From Desulfatiglandales bacterium (lineage in GTDB: Bacteria; Desulfobacterota; DSM-4660; Desulfatiglandales; Desulfatiglandaceae): a stretch of DNA of 64,000 nt. The notes beneath the pieces were generated by a model, which saw only the letters and a list, made by a program, of their open reading frames with translations, was not told the DNA's origin and did no database searches. Shown piece after piece: positions 29,526 through 38,686 of the stretch. How positions within the stretch are numbered: position 1 is the first letter of the stretch; each line of letters starts with the position of its first letter. A program made the translations under genes and the position numbers. The stretch lies in the NCBI GenBank assembly GCA_963666345.1, contig OY762721.1, positions 3,296,001 to 3,360,000 of the forward strand, written 5' to 3'.

Positions 29526-30268
29526 GGTCATTTCTTGCCGCGATCCAGTTTCTGACCGTGATCCCTGTGCATGTCTCTTTTTCGGAACGGGACCTGGGCA
29601 GGTCCGTCATGTTTTTCCCCCTTACAGGTCTTCTAATGGGCGCGGTGGTATCGGCAGCGGATTTTTGTATTAAAGGGCATATATTTCCACTGTGGCTCGC
29701 AAGCACGATAGATATCGTGATACTTGCCGTCCTGTCAGGAGGGCTTCACCTGGACGGACTGGCCGATTCCGCGGACGGGTTGTTCAGTGCAAGGCCCCGA
29801 GACAGGATGCTCGAGATAATGAGAGACAGTCGCATAGGCACCATGGGAGTGCTTGCCCTGGTGATGGTTTTGCTAATCAAGATCGGGGCGCTTGCCTCTT
29901 TACCTGATAAGAGCAGGTGGGCGATAATCATGCTGGCCCCCCTTTCAGGACGATGTATGATTGTGGCATGCATGAGTTTTTTTACCTACGCAAGAAAATC
30001 CCCGGGCCTGCCTCAGCTCTTTCTTGAGTACCGCTCAAGGGGAAAAGGAGTCCTGGTTCTTTTTATCCCGGCCCTTGCCGGTCTTTTGCTGGCCGGTTTG
30101 CAAGGGCTTGTCGCATCCCTTATCTCTACCCTGTGCGGGCTTCTTGCGGTTTTTTATGTCCACAGAAAGATAGGCGGATATACCGGTGATACCCTGGGCG
30201 CCGTAAGCGAGTTTTCCGAGATGATTGTCCTGGCAGCGGCGGTGGCAATCGCTCCGATCGGTTTATAA
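29522..30268 (+). CDS. cobS: Adenosylcobinamide-GDP ribazoletransferase (cobalamin synthase)
   Basis: QFLTVIP, GGLHLDGLADSADG, IMRDSRIGTMG, GGYTGDTLGA. Confidence 0.95.
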   Translation: MRSFLAAIQFLTVIPVHVSFSERDLGRSVMFFPLTGLLMGAVVSAADFCIKGHIFPLWLASTIDIVILAVLSGGLHLDGLADSADGLFSARPRDRMLEIMRDSRIGTMGVLALVMVLLIKIGALASLPDKSRWAIIMLAPLSGRCMIVACMSFFTYARKSPGLPQLFLEYRSRGKGVLVLFIPALAGLLLAGLQGLVASLISTLCGLLAVFYVHRKIGGYTGDTLGAVSEFSEMIVLAAAVAIAPIGL

Positions 30269-30335
30269 CCGTGCTCTTATTCCTTTTTAACCGGGGCGGA
30301 AGCTATTTACTCTATTTAATTTCATGCGGTGAAAC

Positions 30336-31175
30336 ATGTGCGTAGAAAATGTAAAGCCAGACCTGGACAAAGAGGTGCCTGACGGTCTCAAAAAGTCATT
30401 TTCCTTTCGTCTGGGAACAACCTCATACATAGTGCCTGACGATATTATTCCAAACGTGCGCTTCCTGGCCGATAAGATAGATGATATCGAACTAGTGCTG
30501 TTCGAATCGGATGAGATGTCCAACATACCCACTACGGATGCCGTAAAACAGTTGGGAAAGCTTGCGTGCGCCAACGATCTTACCTACACGGTTCATCTCC
30601 CCCTTGATATAGAAACCGGTCATGAAAGTGAAATCGTCAGGCGCAGGTCCGTTGAAAAATGCCGCAGGATAATCGAGCTTATGAGTCCGATTTCGCCCCT
30701 TGCATACATCCTCCACCTGCATGGCGATGAAAGGGGAAGGGTGCCTTCAAGGGATATGAAGCGGTGGAGGAAAAAGAGCCTGAAATCGGTAAAAGAACTG
30801 GCAGGCTTTGCCCCCTCCCGCAAAATCTGTGTGGAGACACTTGATTATCCCTTTTCCTTTATAGAAGACCTTGTTTTTGACACGGACCTTTCGGTCTGTA
30901 TGGATATAGGCCATCTCATCTATTACGGCTACAGCCTGGAGGATCATTTTGACCGGTATCTTGAAAGGACCAGGGTAGTTCACCTGCACGGCATCGATAA
31001 CGGGCATGATCACCGCGCAATCAGTCATCTTTCAGATGAACTGCTCGGCATGATTATGGGTCGTCTTTCAGAGGGCCTGTCAAGTGAAAATGCAGTAACC
31101 CTTGAGATCTTCGGGGAGAGTGATTTTTCAAAATCAATCCAAAAACTTAAAAGGATCAAGAAGATATGCCGATGA
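30336..31175 (+). CDS. cbiR: Cobamide-remodelling phosphodiesterase CbiR-like (AP endonuclease 2 / xylose isomerase-like TIM barrel)
   Basis: RLGTTSYI.P, ELVLFES, TVHLPLD, VETL, CMDIGHL, VHLHG, DH, TLEIF metal ligands. Sits between cobS and cobU. Confidence 0.75.
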   Translation: MCVENVKPDLDKEVPDGLKKSFSFRLGTTSYIVPDDIIPNVRFLADKIDDIELVLFESDEMSNIPTTDAVKQLGKLACANDLTYTVHLPLDIETGHESEIVRRRSVEKCRRIIELMSPISPLAYILHLHGDERGRVPSRDMKRWRKKSLKSVKELAGFAPSRKICVETLDYPFSFIEDLVFDTDLSVCMDIGHLIYYGYSLEDHFDRYLERTRVVHLHGIDNGHDHRAISHLSDELLGMIMGRLSEGLSSENAVTLEIFGESDFSKSIQKLKRIKKICR

Positions 31176-31681
31176 TAACACTTTTGACGGGAGGTGCGAG
31201 AAGCGGAAAGAGTTCTTACGCCCTCAAAATGGCGGAGGCCTATAAAAGGAAGGCCTTTATAGCGACCGCTGAACCGTTTGATGATGAGATGAAGGAAAGA
31301 ATAAGACGCCACAAGGAGGAAAGAAATGGCGCCTGTCTGACTATAGAAGAACCTCTGGAGCTGGCGAAGGCGATAAGGGGCCTGCCCCATGATATCGAGG
31401 TCGCGGTAGTGGATTGCCTTACCGTGTGGCTGGGCAACCTGATGCACTACAGGGGCGAGGAGTTTGAAGGGTGCAGTCAGCTCAGGGACCTTTACGCCGT
31501 ATTGGCGGATCCGCCCTGTGATATGATTATTGTCTCAAATGAGTTGGGAATGGGTCTGATTCCCGAAGCCAAGATGAGCCGCAGATACCGGGATGAAATA
31601 GGGTATCTCAATCAGGCCGTGGCCAGGCTGGCCCGGAAGGTTATATTCATGGTAAGCGGGCTTCCCCTTTTACTGAAATAA
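31172..31681 (+). CDS. cobU: Bifunctional adenosylcobinamide kinase / cobinamide-phosphate guanylyltransferase
   Basis: TGGARSGKS P-loop, D.EM..RI..H...R, VDCLTVWL, VSNELGMG. ATGA coupling to cbiR. Confidence 0.95.
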   Translation: MITLLTGGARSGKSSYALKMAEAYKRKAFIATAEPFDDEMKERIRRHKEERNGACLTIEEPLELAKAIRGLPHDIEVAVVDCLTVWLGNLMHYRGEEFEGCSQLRDLYAVLADPPCDMIIVSNELGMGLIPEAKMSRRYRDEIGYLNQAVARLARKVIFMVSGLPLLLK

Positions 31682-31828
31682 AACGCATTTTCTTCGCTTA
31701 TTTTGTCCTGCCATGCGTGCCTGCCTCGATTTCATTATAACCATCTAGGCCTCGGTTCAGCCTGTTCCAGCCCGGGGGTTTTAAGTTGCTTCCGGGTGCT
31801 TTTTACCTTTGACCCTCCTGAAATTTTC

Positions 31829-31870
31829 TTGACAAAAAAATCTTATATAAATATACATATAGATGTATAT
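31829..31870 (+). promoter_or_regulatory. TTGACA box and palindrome ATATACAT-N4-ATGTATAT (candidate operator) upstream of the flavoprotein operon
   Basis: TTGACA at 31829-31834; inverted 8-bp arms at 31851-31858 and 31863-31870. Confidence 0.55.
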
Positions 31871-32078
31871 TCTTATGTTGCATATTGCATGTAATATCTA
31901 TTACTTATTTGGTTCTAATAATGCCACAGCCTCTCTTGCATCATCCCCAGTCGGTTGTCCCAAAATCCAGACATTGTATTTTTCAAGTACAAAAAGTATC
32001 AAATTTTCTGCTGACAGACCTCGTGTTTCATGCGGGTTCCATAAGTCACCGGGGTCGTAAAACCACAAGGAGATTATT

Positions 32079-33749
32079 GTGAAAAGTCAAGACAAACATG
32101 ATTACCCGGTCATTAATGCCGATGTCCTGATAATCGGCGGCGGAAGCGCCGGTGCAATGGCGGCCATACGCGCCAAAGAGGTCGCTCCTGATCAGGAAGT
32201 CGTTGTTTTTGAAAAAGGGGAGTTCAAATATTCAGGTTGCATTGCCCGGGGCATGGACGCCCTTAATATCGTGGCGATCCCGGGAAAGGAAAGCCCGGAT
32301 CTTTATGTGGAGTCAAATGCCATGGCCTGCCAGGGGATTATGGATGAATCCCCCTCATATATAATGGCCAAGCGCAGCTGGGAGATGATGCAGAAGCTCA
32401 TAGATCTGGGCGTCTATTTTCCTCAGGATGAAAATGGAGAGTATGAAAGGCTTCAGGTGCATCCAAAGGGAAGGTTCTGCGTTACCATGAAAGAGCCTGA
32501 ACTCAAGTCAATCCTTTCCACCAGGGCTGTCGATCTGGGTGCCAGGGTGGTAAACCGGATCGTAACACTCCGCCTGCTCAAGGATGACGGAAGGATCAGC
32601 GGGGCGGTCGGGATGGATGTGCGGACCGGGGAGATTATCGTCTGCCATGCCAGGTCCGTAATCCTGTGCGCGGGTGGAACAGCCAGATTCGGCCTGCCGG
32701 AAAACGGGTATCTCTACGGAGGGTATGATTTTCCCGGCAACACGGGAGACGGCTATATCCTCGCCTACCGGGCCGGCGCAAAGCTGAGCGGTTTCGAATA
32801 CACGCTTGTATATTACATTATCAAGGATATAAACGCCCCCCTTCTCTACATTACCCTTACCAGGGGAGCGCATTTACTGAATGCCTTTAACGATACCTTT
32901 CATGAAAACCACCCCGGCATCCTTCTTATGCATGATGAGCATGGGGCCGGCAGAGGCCCGATGCGCATCGATATGCGGCATATGCCCGAAGAAAAGATCA
33001 AAGAGGTGGAAGATATCCTTTTTACAACGGAGCGGCCCGTGCAGGAACGCTTTTTCAAGGGAAGAGGCGTTGATTTCCGCTCCGGAGAAATTGAACTGTG
33101 GCCCACCGACTGCTATCTGTGCGGCGGGCACGGGCTTACAGGGGTGATGGTCAACGACAGGGCGGAGACAAACGTTCCGGGGCTTTATGCGGCAGGTGAC
33201 ACATCCCTTGTCGCCAGAGGACATCTGAGCGGGGCGCTTGTATTCGGAATGATAGCAGCTGAAAGGGCAAGCGAATATTCCAGAGACCTCTCCGGGCCGA
33301 CATTGGATTTCGGTCAGGTGGATTCAGTTATCAAAGACAGGGCCGAAAGGATGTCTCAAACCGGGAACCCGGTTTCCATCGAAGAATTCGAATTCAAGGT
33401 GCGGCGCATTATTAACGATTATATCAAGCCGCCGAAAAACGAATACAAACTGAACCGGGCCTTGTGGTGGATGAACCGGTTCCGTGAAGAGCTGAAAACG
33501 ATGGTCAGGGTAAAAGGCGCACATGACCTGTTCAAGGTCTATGAAGTGGAAAACATAATTCAGTGTGCGCATATGAGCGCGATTGCATCCAAGACCCGCA
33601 CGGAAAGCAGGTGGGGCCTTTGGCATCATCGTTCCGACTACCCTGAGCGAAACGACGGTGAATGGTTGAAGCATATAGTGCTTACAATGGGAGACGGCCT
33701 CGAAGATGCCAGGGTCTCCTTCCAGGAAATAGAAAAAATGAAGCACTGA
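32079..33749 (+). CDS. AprA/AsfA-like flavoprotein (SdhA/FrdA/AprA superfamily, no covalent-FAD His)
   Basis: DVLIIGGGSAG, SGCIARGMDALN, NTGDGY, TNVPGLYAAGD, RTESRWG..H.RSDYP. AAGGAG before GTG. Confidence 0.85.
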   Translation: MKSQDKHDYPVINADVLIIGGGSAGAMAAIRAKEVAPDQEVVVFEKGEFKYSGCIARGMDALNIVAIPGKESPDLYVESNAMACQGIMDESPSYIMAKRSWEMMQKLIDLGVYFPQDENGEYERLQVHPKGRFCVTMKEPELKSILSTRAVDLGARVVNRIVTLRLLKDDGRISGAVGMDVRTGEIIVCHARSVILCAGGTARFGLPENGYLYGGYDFPGNTGDGYILAYRAGAKLSGFEYTLVYYIIKDINAPLLYITLTRGAHLLNAFNDTFHENHPGILLMHDEHGAGRGPMRIDMRHMPEEKIKEVEDILFTTERPVQERFFKGRGVDFRSGEIELWPTDCYLCGGHGLTGVMVNDRAETNVPGLYAAGDTSLVARGHLSGALVFGMIAAERASEYSRDLSGPTLDFGQVDSVIKDRAERMSQTGNPVSIEEFEFKVRRIINDYIKPPKNEYKLNRALWWMNRFREELKTMVRVKGAHDLFKVYEVENIIQCAHMSAIASKTRTESRWGLWHHRSDYPERNDGEWLKHIVLTMGDGLEDARVSFQEIEKMKH

Positions 33750-33821
33750 TTCAAGTGAAAACGATTTTACCGGAAAAGAGGTTTTCGTAAAATATCATCG
33801 CCAATCATGGAGTAAAAGGAA

Positions 33822-35429
33822 ATGATGAACAGTTCAAATATTCTTGAAGCGCTCAGTGACAACATCAAGATTGATAAGGATAAATGCATCTTTTGCGGAA
33901 AATGTGTGGATCACTGTATCCTTGATAATCTGCGAATGAAGCTGGCCCCCTGCCGCCAGGCCTGCCCCCTTGGAGTAAACGTCCAGGGATATGTGCAGCT
34001 CATAAATCGGGGGGAAGAAGAAAAGGCAAGGGAGGCGGTACGGGAAACGCTTCCTTTTCCGGAAATCCTCGCGCATATCTGCGATGCACCCTGCGAACGG
34101 GCCTGCCACCGCAAGGTGGTTACAGGGCAGGCTGTGGGGATCAGATCTCTCAAGCACTATCTTTTTAATCCAGAAACCTGTAATAAAGGCATTTCCCTGC
34201 CGGAGAAGAAACCTGCCTCAGGGAAAAGCTCGGCAATAGTGGGATCCGGTCCGGCCGGCATGCTGGCGGCCTATGATCTTGCCGTGGCCGGCCACGGTGT
34301 GACGATTTTTGAAGCCGATGAAAAACCTGGAGGACTTTTGAACAGGGTCATACCCTCTTTCAGGCTTCCCTCCGATGTTCTGGATCGGGAAGTTGAAGTG
34401 CTTCACAGGCTGGGGGTGATTTTCCGGTTCAGCGTCAGGGTGGGGCGGGACATAACCATGAATGAGCTGGAGGCTCAATTCGATTCCATAGTCTTATCGA
34501 CCGGCCTCGGGGGGCAGTTGGAATTGAATGCCCCGGGTGAGGAACTTGAAGGGGTCATAAAGGGCCTGGAACTGATGGAAGAGGTAAAACAGGGAAGGGC
34601 AAAGGAACTGAGCGGAAAAACCGTTGTAATCGGAGGCGGTAATGCCGCGGTGGATGCAGCCCAGGTTGCCCTGCGTCTCGGCGCGAAGGAAGTGACTATA
34701 ATAAGCCTTGAGAAAGAAGATGATCTGCCTGCAAGCGAAGAAGAACTGCTGCGGGCGGTTGAAAACGGAATCAAACTGAAATGCGGCTGGGGAGTAGACG
34801 CGATTACCGGGACACAGGGCAGGGTAGCCGGTATCAGTCTGAAGAGCTGCGTTTCCCTGTTTGATGAAAAAGGATGCTTTAATCCCTATTTCGACTGTGG
34901 TGTCACGGAAGCGATTGAGGCGGATTATGTTGTTGTATCGATAGGCCAAAAAGACGATACTCTGAGCTGGATGCCGGTCGGGGATCTTGAGGCCGACCCC
35001 ATCACCCTTCAGTGCCGCAGGGAAAGAGTCTTCCTGGCGGGAGACTGTGAGTCAGGCCCTTCATCCGTGGTTCAGGCGATGGCTTCAGGCAGAAGGGCCG
35101 CTGAATCAGTCGACAGGTTCCTGAGGGGAGAGCATCTCATGTTCAATCGCTCCTATGCAGGGCCGGTGGAGACCGAGTTCGATATCGACACGAGCAGGGG
35201 GAGCGATCTTGACAGGGTTTTTCCTGAAATTCATGGATGTAGAGGCAAGGGCGACTTCGATGCGGTAGAGCAGCCCTTTACCGCGGGGCAGGCAGGTATG
35301 GAGTCCGGGCGATGTTACTCATGCGGCGGTCCTTTCGGGCGATATCGCAACTGCTGGTTCTGCCTTCCCTGCGAGGTGGAGTGTCCTGAAGAGGCGCTGT
35401 GGGTCGAGGTACCCTATCTACTCCGGTAG
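33822..35429 (+). CDS. Fe-S flavoprotein: GltD-like NAD(P)H oxidoreductase nested between two ferredoxin motifs
   Basis: N-terminal CIFCGKCVDHC; PC..ACP/IC..PCE..C.R; GSGPAG and GGGNAA; C-terminal CWFCLPCEVECP..EVPYLLR. Confidence 0.85.
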   Translation: MMNSSNILEALSDNIKIDKDKCIFCGKCVDHCILDNLRMKLAPCRQACPLGVNVQGYVQLINRGEEEKAREAVRETLPFPEILAHICDAPCERACHRKVVTGQAVGIRSLKHYLFNPETCNKGISLPEKKPASGKSSAIVGSGPAGMLAAYDLAVAGHGVTIFEADEKPGGLLNRVIPSFRLPSDVLDREVEVLHRLGVIFRFSVRVGRDITMNELEAQFDSIVLSTGLGGQLELNAPGEELEGVIKGLELMEEVKQGRAKELSGKTVVIGGGNAAVDAAQVALRLGAKEVTIISLEKEDDLPASEEELLRAVENGIKLKCGWGVDAITGTQGRVAGISLKSCVSLFDEKGCFNPYFDCGVTEAIEADYVVVSIGQKDDTLSWMPVGDLEADPITLQCRRERVFLAGDCESGPSSVVQAMASGRRAAESVDRFLRGEHLMFNRSYAGPVETEFDIDTSRGSDLDRVFPEIHGCRGKGDFDAVEQPFTAGQAGMESGRCYSCGGPFGRYRNCWFCLPCEVECPEEALWVEVPYLLR

Positions 35430-35529
35430 TAAGGGAGATTACCGGTTGGCAGGATAAAACAAAATGTACCGGAATTTCAGTTTGTTTTTGGAAAGGCATA
35501 AACAAAAACCATTAACAGAGGAGACCTAA

Positions 35530-36495
35530 ATGAAAAAGATTTTTTTTACACTCATTATGTTTGTATTAATGGTTGGACTTTGTGGTAACGCCTATTCGGC
35601 GGATAACTATCCTAACAAGCCTATCACGATTATCGTTCCTTGGGGTGCGGGAGGAATGTCCAATGTCAGTACCAGAATGCTGGGGGAGAGGATGAAATCG
35701 ATCCTGGGTCAGCCGATAGTCTACATTAACAAGCCTGGAGCAAGCGGAATCATAGGACTTAACACCCTGAAGAAGGCAAAACCGGACGGGTACACCATTG
35801 CCTCCGGAGGATTGACGCTCGGTTTTACGGCCCCCTTCTTCCTGGATGCCGAACCCTTCAGTGTCAAGGACTTCTCCCTTATAGGCAGTTACATGCCTCA
35901 GGAACGCGTGCTTTTCACAACCCCCGACAAACCCTACAAGACCTGGGAAGAATTCATCGCCTACAGCAAGGCCAACCCCGGTGAGGTTTCAGTGGGTTCC
36001 GGAGGCGCACAGTGGGCGCTGGAGGTTATGAAGAGCATTGCCAAAAAGGAAAATATCAAATGGAAATATGTCATGTTCAAAAGCGGCGGGGCTGCGTCAT
36101 CGGCCATCCTGGGCGGGCATGTCGACGTCTGTGAAACAGGAACGGGAACGCCCGCATATCAGTCCGCCCGTAAGGGTAAGCTGATAGCGCTGGTGGATCT
36201 GGGCTCGGACAGCGTCCCGTTTTTTCCGGATGTGAAAAACATGAAGCATTACGGATACAAATTCTCCACCATGCTGGAATACGGCATGGTGCTGCCCAAG
36301 GGAGTTCCCGAAGAGATAAGGGCAAAACTGGAAAATGCGCTGAAGACGGTTATGCAGGACAAGGACCTGATGAAAAAGATGGGTGAAACAGGTTTCACGC
36401 CCAGGTTTGTCTCGGGGCAGGGCTATGAAAAAATCGTGAAAGAGGCCATAGAAAGCACTCCCGCTCTGCAGGAGTATGTGAAAGACGTCAAGTAG
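35530..36495 (+). CDS. tctC: Tripartite tricarboxylate transporter substrate-binding protein (TctC/Bug)
   Basis: Signal peptide, YPNKPITIIVPWGAGG, NKPGASG, PDGYT, LGGHVD. Confidence 0.9.
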   Translation: MKKIFFTLIMFVLMVGLCGNAYSADNYPNKPITIIVPWGAGGMSNVSTRMLGERMKSILGQPIVYINKPGASGIIGLNTLKKAKPDGYTIASGGLTLGFTAPFFLDAEPFSVKDFSLIGSYMPQERVLFTTPDKPYKTWEEFIAYSKANPGEVSVGSGGAQWALEVMKSIAKKENIKWKYVMFKSGGAASSAILGGHVDVCETGTGTPAYQSARKGKLIALVDLGSDSVPFFPDVKNMKHYGYKFSTMLEYGMVLPKGVPEEIRAKLENALKTVMQDKDLMKKMGETGFTPRFVSGQGYEKIVKEAIESTPALQEYVKDVK

Positions 36496-36574
36496 TATAT
36501 CGGAAACCGGCTAATGCGGGCGCCCTGAATTATAGTGCCCATGGGGCGCCCGTTTCGTACAAAAGGGGGCTTAG

Positions 36575-37021
36575 GTGAAAGAGGATTTAAGGCTTGGTTC
36601 AATCATCCTTGTTTTCTGCGGGTTTCTCTGGTTTTACGCCATCCCTTATCATATAAAGGGATTTTTGCCTGCGCTTTTTCCAAGGTGTTTGACCGTTGCA
36701 ATGCTGATTCCCTGTGTGCTTCTTTTTATCAAAGGGTTAAGAGCCCGCAGGGCCGGAGAAATACAGCAGGCGGCTGTAGTGCCTGCGGCAGTGACCTTCA
36801 GGGCGCTCCTTGTGGTTCCCATTATGGTGGTCTATATCTTTTTGATCGATATAATAGGGTTTTACGTGACCACAGGCCTGTTCATTCTGATTTTTCTGCT
36901 CTTTTTCGGGGCTCGAAAGCCGTTGATTCTGATAATTTTCCCTATCGCAATGCCTTTGGTGGTTTATGCCGTGATAGGAAAGATCCTACATTTTCCTTTC
37001 CCGGAAGGGATGCTTTTTTAA
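36575..37021 (+). CDS. tctB: TTT small membrane subunit TctB
   Basis: 4-5 TM segments, P..FP, IGFYVTT, C-terminal P.G. Lies between tctC and tctA. Confidence 0.8.
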   Translation: MKEDLRLGSIILVFCGFLWFYAIPYHIKGFLPALFPRCLTVAMLIPCVLLFIKGLRARRAGEIQQAAVVPAAVTFRALLVVPIMVVYIFLIDIIGFYVTTGLFILIFLLFFGARKPLILIIFPIAMPLVVYAVIGKILHFPFPEGMLF

Positions 37022-37043
37022 ATTCCTTTGAGGAGTGCAGTTT

Positions 37044-38588
37044 ATGATCGAACAGATCTTAAGCGGGTTGAGCATGGTTCTGGTTCCCCAGAATCTGCTC
37101 TGGGCGTTTGCCGGTGTGGCGTTCGGCATGATTCTCGGTTCCATCCCGGGATTGACCGATAACATGGGGATTGTCCTGTTTCTTCCCTTTACCTTTTACC
37201 TCAGCCCGATTGCGGGTATTGCCATGCTCATGGGACTTACAAAGGGAGGCAACTTCGGAGGTTCCATCCCCGCTGTACTCTTCAATATCCCGGGGACACC
37301 CCAGGCAATGGTTACATGTATGGACGGGTATCCCCTGGCGCAACAGGGAAAGAGCGGCAAGGCCCTGAAGCAGGCACTTTATTCATCGGTCGTGGCGGAT
37401 GCCTGCAGTGATCTGATATTGATCTTCCTGGCTGCGCCGGTTGCGATGGTGGCTCTCAAGATAGGCCCCCCCGAGTATACTTCCATCATAATCTTCTCCC
37501 TGATCGTCATAAGTGTCGCCGCGTCGGAATATCCAATTCAGGGGGTCTTTGCCGTTATCCTGGGCCTGTTTCTAGGCACGGTGGGGACGGATCCTGAATT
37601 CGGCACAACGCGGCTCATATTTCATACCCTGGACCTGGCCGACGGGTTCCACATAATGCCGATGGTCATTGGGATGCTGGCCTTCTCAGAGGTCCTGCTT
37701 CAGCTGGAAAAGGAACTGCTGAAGCGTCTGGAAAAGAGATTTTCCAAAGCAAATGCCGCGGGCGCGGGAGGGGCGGGTAATTCAGCAGTCAAGGCCCTGG
37801 CTGAGGATCACAGCCTGAGCTGGAGGGAATTCAGAGAAACCCTGCCGACCGTGTTTCGCTCAACCGGCATTGGTGCCGCCATAGGCATCATACCGGGAAT
37901 CGGGACAACTGTAGGCTCCTACCTCAGCTATATTATGGCCAAACAGGCATCCAAGAATCCTGATAAGTTCGGAAAGGGCGCCCTTGAAGGGATCGCCGCC
38001 GCCGAGGCGGGAAACAATGCGGTGAACGGTCCCAACCTTATCCCTCTGGTGACCCTTGGTATCCCTGGAAATCTTGCGGCCGCTCTTATCCTGGGCGGTT
38101 TTATGATCAAGGGCCTGATCCCGGGTCCAACCTTCATGCAGACGAACGGGGACATGCTTTACGCGCTTTTTATAGTGCTTTTTTTGAGCAATATATTCAC
38201 GCTCGGTATCGGTTACTTTTACATAAAACATGTAAAAAATGTGGCATCCATATCAAAACCTTATCTGTTTACCGGGATCATTGTCTTCAGCGTCATAGGA
38301 AGTTATGTGAATTATGCCAGCGTATTCGACGTATTCGTCATGCTGGCCTTTGCGGTTCTCGGATATGTGCTGACAAAATTCAGGGTCAACCTGCCTACGG
38401 TGATAGTCGCCTTTTTCCTGGGGCCGATGCTTGAATCAAAATTCCGTCAGGCCCTCAAGATTTCCGGAGACGATCTGACCGTCTTTTTTACCAAACCCAT
38501 TTCTCTGGCATTCCTTGTCTTTACGGTAGTTGCGGTCATATTCCTGCTGCGGAAAAAGAATGCCATGGCCAGGAACAAAGTCAAATAA
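37044..38588 (+). CDS. tctA: TTT large permease TctA
   Basis: GSIPGL, GGSIPAVLFNIPGTP, DGYPLAQQG, EAGNNA, LGIPG. Confidence 0.93.
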   Translation: MIEQILSGLSMVLVPQNLLWAFAGVAFGMILGSIPGLTDNMGIVLFLPFTFYLSPIAGIAMLMGLTKGGNFGGSIPAVLFNIPGTPQAMVTCMDGYPLAQQGKSGKALKQALYSSVVADACSDLILIFLAAPVAMVALKIGPPEYTSIIIFSLIVISVAASEYPIQGVFAVILGLFLGTVGTDPEFGTTRLIFHTLDLADGFHIMPMVIGMLAFSEVLLQLEKELLKRLEKRFSKANAAGAGGAGNSAVKALAEDHSLSWREFRETLPTVFRSTGIGAAIGIIPGIGTTVGSYLSYIMAKQASKNPDKFGKGALEGIAAAEAGNNAVNGPNLIPLVTLGIPGNLAAALILGGFMIKGLIPGPTFMQTNGDMLYALFIVLFLSNIFTLGIGYFYIKHVKNVASISKPYLFTGIIVFSVIGSYVNYASVFDVFVMLAFAVLGYVLTKFRVNLPTVIVAFFLGPMLESKFRQALKISGDDLTVFFTKPISLAFLVFTVVAVIFLLRKKNAMARNKVK

Positions 38589-38686
38589 GGTATTCCGCAT
38601 TACGGTGAAGGGTATCGAGGTAAATGCGAATGAACCGGGAAAGAAAAACAGTGCCTGAGTGGCCAAGAAAATAGAGGACAACGACG

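Noticed and set aside
32079..33749. Canonical dissimilatory aprA or sdhA/frdA
   Set aside because: Shorter than typical AprA, no aprB/sat/qmo or sdhBC context, and no covalent His. Kept only as a superfamily member.
33822..35429. Selenocysteine or stop-codon readthrough in the redox genes
   Set aside because: No in-frame TGA interrupts them and the reading frames are complete.
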